Part shown: positions 60,966-64,000 of the stretch, piece after piece
Position numbering within the stretch: the first letter of the stretch is position 1
How the letters are laid out: the number at the start of each line of letters is the position of its first letter
Origin: Eukaryota sp. GEM-RC1
Lineage: Eukaryota
Assembly (NCBI GenBank): GCA_040285855.1
Contig: JAUFOQ010000010.1
Coordinates: 1,178,001 to 1,242,000 of the forward strand
DNA: 64,000 bases
Direction of reading: 5' to 3'
Position numbers and translations under genes: made by a program
Notes under the pieces: generated by a model
What the model was told of the DNA's origin: nothing
What the model saw: only the letters and a program-made list of their open reading frames with translations
Database searches by the model: none

Positions 60966-61712
60966 CATATACTTGTGGATCACAAACACATGTGATCACA
61001 CTGGCCTGTTTTCTGTGATCACACTACTTGTAGTTCAAATGTGATTGTAGCTGAAGTATAATCATCAATATAATTCATATGAATGATAAATCTAGACCAG
61101 ACTCACTTGTTTGTTAACACTGTGATTGTGAATAGTAGATCACATTGTTTTTCCGACATTGTTATCACTTCCCTTTGTGTTCAATGACCAGTTTAAATCA
61201 AGAACCGACTTCGCTACCAACAGTTGCATAGCTGCTGGGAGATTATTTGAACCCTGTTTTATACTTAAGAAACTTAAAATTGAATTTGTACAACAAGTCC
61301 AGTTTAGCAAAGTGACTGATCTCTTTACAAGTTTTGTAGGGTTTGAACAGCTTCATACTGATTCGGTGCATAGATCAAAATGCTTCTGAAATCATTGATT
61401 TCGTCTGCCCCATCAATGAAACTCCAATGGAAAAGATCTTGATTGGTATATGAATCAATTAGCTCACTTTACCTGTCAAAATATTCAGTTTTTGTGATCA
61501 CAAATTGTGGTTGTGATCACTCGTTCACATGTGATGTGTTTGTGATTGTGATCACACTGACAAAAGTAGTGTGATCCACAAGTATTGATGCCTTGTTTAA
61601 GGCTGAAAGTAAAAAGGGACGGTACCTTTAAAGAAGAGGGAATAATCTAGGGAAATAAATGCTACAGTTCACTACTAGAACAGGTGTTAACACTTGCTGT
61701 GCTAACAGTATG
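60966..61712. mobile_element. Non-autonomous DNA transposon with tgtgatcaca subterminal repeats; solo LTR inserted in its right TIR
   Basis: TIR atacttgtggatcac / gtgatccacaagtat(g); flanking duplication attgaaac(ca) at 60958 and 61713 (8-10 bp). Confidence 0.75.
61586..61707 (-). mobile_element. Solo LTR of the 27306-33503 family
   Basis: 122 bp, reverse complement of the LTR with roughly ten central differences; exact 4-bp TSD gtat at 61582-61585 and 61708-61711. Confidence 0.95.
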
Positions 61713-62099
61713 ATTGAAACCACAGTACGGTTTTTTCATTCAGCCAAACAAATGACACATAGTAGAGAAATGTATACTTTTAAATATAGAAGTGAATGTC
61801 AGTGAGCTTTAACACCGTTGCATATTCACGTTTTGATCGATCTAAAGGTGAAAAGACAACAGTCCATCACAAGTAGACATTCATTAATGACGGGATGCTG
61901 TGTCCCGGTGGACTTGTTGCCAATCAATTCTAGATCGAAGAAATTCGACCCTAACAACTGTTCCGTTTCCGAATGGAACCCTTAACCCAGGTGACAGGTT
62001 AGTTCAACTCAGAGGTTCGACTCCTCCTTCCCGTCATTTTATGGTAAACAACAATTCTCTACTTTTATCCCTTTAGCGGGTCCTTTCACCGCCGGTGAC

Positions 62100-62480
62100 C
62101 ACATACATCTGAGAACAATGGTAAATGGATTGGACTCTTCCTCATCGAGTGTCTTTCTCATAACACTTCTAATTGTTTCCTCCGTAACCTTGTTATAGAC
62201 TGCATTGACCAGTGCTACATGTACCACGTCAAAGAAACGCCTTACTAACCATGCAGATAATGCATTATGAGCTTATACCGTCACTGAATTTGACGATTGA
62301 AGCTTATTGACCAAGACCCATCTGATGTTCAGGGTCCAAAGTACGTGGTTGTCTGGTTACACGGTATCCATGTTAAAGCAATCGCTCCAAAAACACCCCT
62401 GCAATCTATACCTACAGTAGGAAGTACATCAACAATCCTCCTAAAACCAAATGTATTGGAGTTTTTCATCTGTTCATTTA
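62100..62480 (-). pseudogene. Possible pogo/DDE_1 transposase remnant
   Basis: IALTWIPCNQTT and NAVYNKVTEETIRSVMRK loosely match the L..IP.N.T and AW..V...TI motifs. Confidence 0.3.
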
Positions 62481-63107
62481 CTTAAGTCCTTTCCAATGGA
62501 ATAATCTATTTGAATTCAATAGTAACCCATACACGTTAGGCTCATTAAATTACATTATCTTTGAATCCCTCTCTAGAACACACTTTACCATGCATACTTG
62601 TTCATTTCCCTAATTCTAATGTATCTTCATGAATTCGTTCTTGTATGAGCAGTTGTTTTGCTCTTTTCCTTTGGTTGTGTTGAAAGGTTGGTCTTTCCTT
62701 CTCCATAGAACCAAGCTGATATCTGGGTATCCTTCTTCCCAATCTTAATCTGTTGTTTACTTTCTCTGGTTCCATCTCTCTTCGGTAGTTTCCTAAATCT
62801 CCGCTATTGGATGTATGTAAATGTTGCTATCGCTTTAAATAACCCCTGAAGCACCTTAGATGGTCGGTAAGTAGAGTAATTGTTCGTTCGTTTGTAGTAA
62901 TGCATTGACTTCGACTATTTGATTGATTGATATACCATATAGTCTCTAATGGATGGAAATAATAATAAAAAAACGATACATTTATACTACAAGTTTGAAC
63001 CAAAGATAAGGGTATTTTCAAAATCTATACTGATCGGTAAAAATAGCGGTTTAAATTCTATCAAAGATAGTACCGTCAAAACTTTGATGGACTTTTGACT
63101 GGTTTGA

Positions 63108-64000
63108 CTAACTCGTTGGAAATATAATTCTGTTATTGGATTCTCTTTTAATACTTGCTCTGGTACGTTTAATTATAGGGTTATTTCCAAGATTAATAAA
63201 TTCAATTGTAGAATTCAACTTCAGTACTTTTGACAAAGCTACAGCACCGTCATTACCAATAGAGTTGCCCCAAAGGTCAATTTTAGAAATGGCAGTTTTG
63301 ACTCTTAAAACTTGAACTAATGCAGTAGCAGTTTCATCTCCAAGAGAATTTCCTCTGAAAATCAGTGCTTTTACATTTAAAGCAGAATTAAGCCGCAGCG
63401 AATCGGTAATTCTTAACAAATCGACATCATGCAAATTACAGTATGATAATCCAAGACTAGTCATAGAAGTACTAACAGTCAGTAAATCACACAACTCGTT
63501 TACACGGTTGATTTTTTTGTTGTGAAAAGGAAAAAGTTCCAGAATCTAGGTCAATACTATGGGGAGAAACTTCAAAGGTTGGTGGAAGCAAGTGACCACA
63601 AAACTGGTCGAAGATGGCTACAAAATACTTGAGAGGAAATTCAGTACCACAAAGAGTCACACGACGGAGATAAGACAAACTACCAAGTGATTTGAGTAAC
63701 GCACAGAAGTTCACGTAATTCATTTGAAGGCAACAAAAGTCAATGACGGAAAAAGCCTAACAAAATCACACAAAGTATTGATTTTAGTGTGGGAAAAATT
63801 ACAACGCAGCAGAGACAACTCGTTCATGTCAAAACCCTTTAATGATGAATGCATAAACAAGACTTCTTCGGAAGTCAATGAGACACTTTCTCGAGGAGAA
63901 AAACAAAGCACTCCGTTTTCAGCATCGGCCCTGTGTGGAAGAAGATCAAGATCAATGACTGACTTTGGAAGACAAAACACCTGTACTAGAGTACAAATGT
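63108..64000 (-). CDS. 3' part of an LRR subfamily B gene; starts beyond the right edge; frameshifts near 63490 and 63720
   Basis: SVIDLDLLPH..ENGVLCFSP..LTSEEV super-repeat followed by 28-aa LRRs (IDLWGNSIGNDGAVALSKVL). Confidence 0.8.

Overview
AT-rich, apparently intron-poor eukaryotic (protist-like) DNA; not prokaryotic, and no rRNA, tRNA or CRISPR was recognised. The window is a transposon-dense cluster of leucine-rich-repeat (LRR) genes. Seven paralogues share a core domain that looks like a divergent F-box split by a variable insert, followed by 5-12 ribonuclease-inhibitor/NLRC3-type 28-aa LRRs with a near-constant framework and hypervariable concave-face residues. Their N-termini are interchangeable: a Ser-rich leader or an eIF4B/eIF4H-like RRM, and a related subfamily carries a Cys-rich finger. 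Their 5', core and 3' segments are shuffled between copies. Also present: a second LRR subfamily built from ~198-aa super-repeats, an F-box-like/LRR gene, a TRIM-like RING/B-box/B-box/coiled-coil gene with an unusual C-terminal domain, a USP His-box remnant, a CCDC81-like gene missed by the ORF track, and a secreted ependymin-like gene. Mobile DNA: one young Ty3/gypsy chromovirus (identical 122-bp LTRs, 4-bp TSD, a ~330-aa zinc-finger insert between RNase H and integrase), a solo LTR, four decayed gypsy fragments, two MULE remnants and many hAT-like and Tc1/pogo-like non-autonomous elements. Most frameshifts fall in homopolymer runs and are probably assembly errors. Main hypothesis (inference): a rapidly diversifying, ubiquitin-linked intracellular recognition cluster whose LRR receptors carry integrated decoy-like domains. 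All domain calls are by eye.
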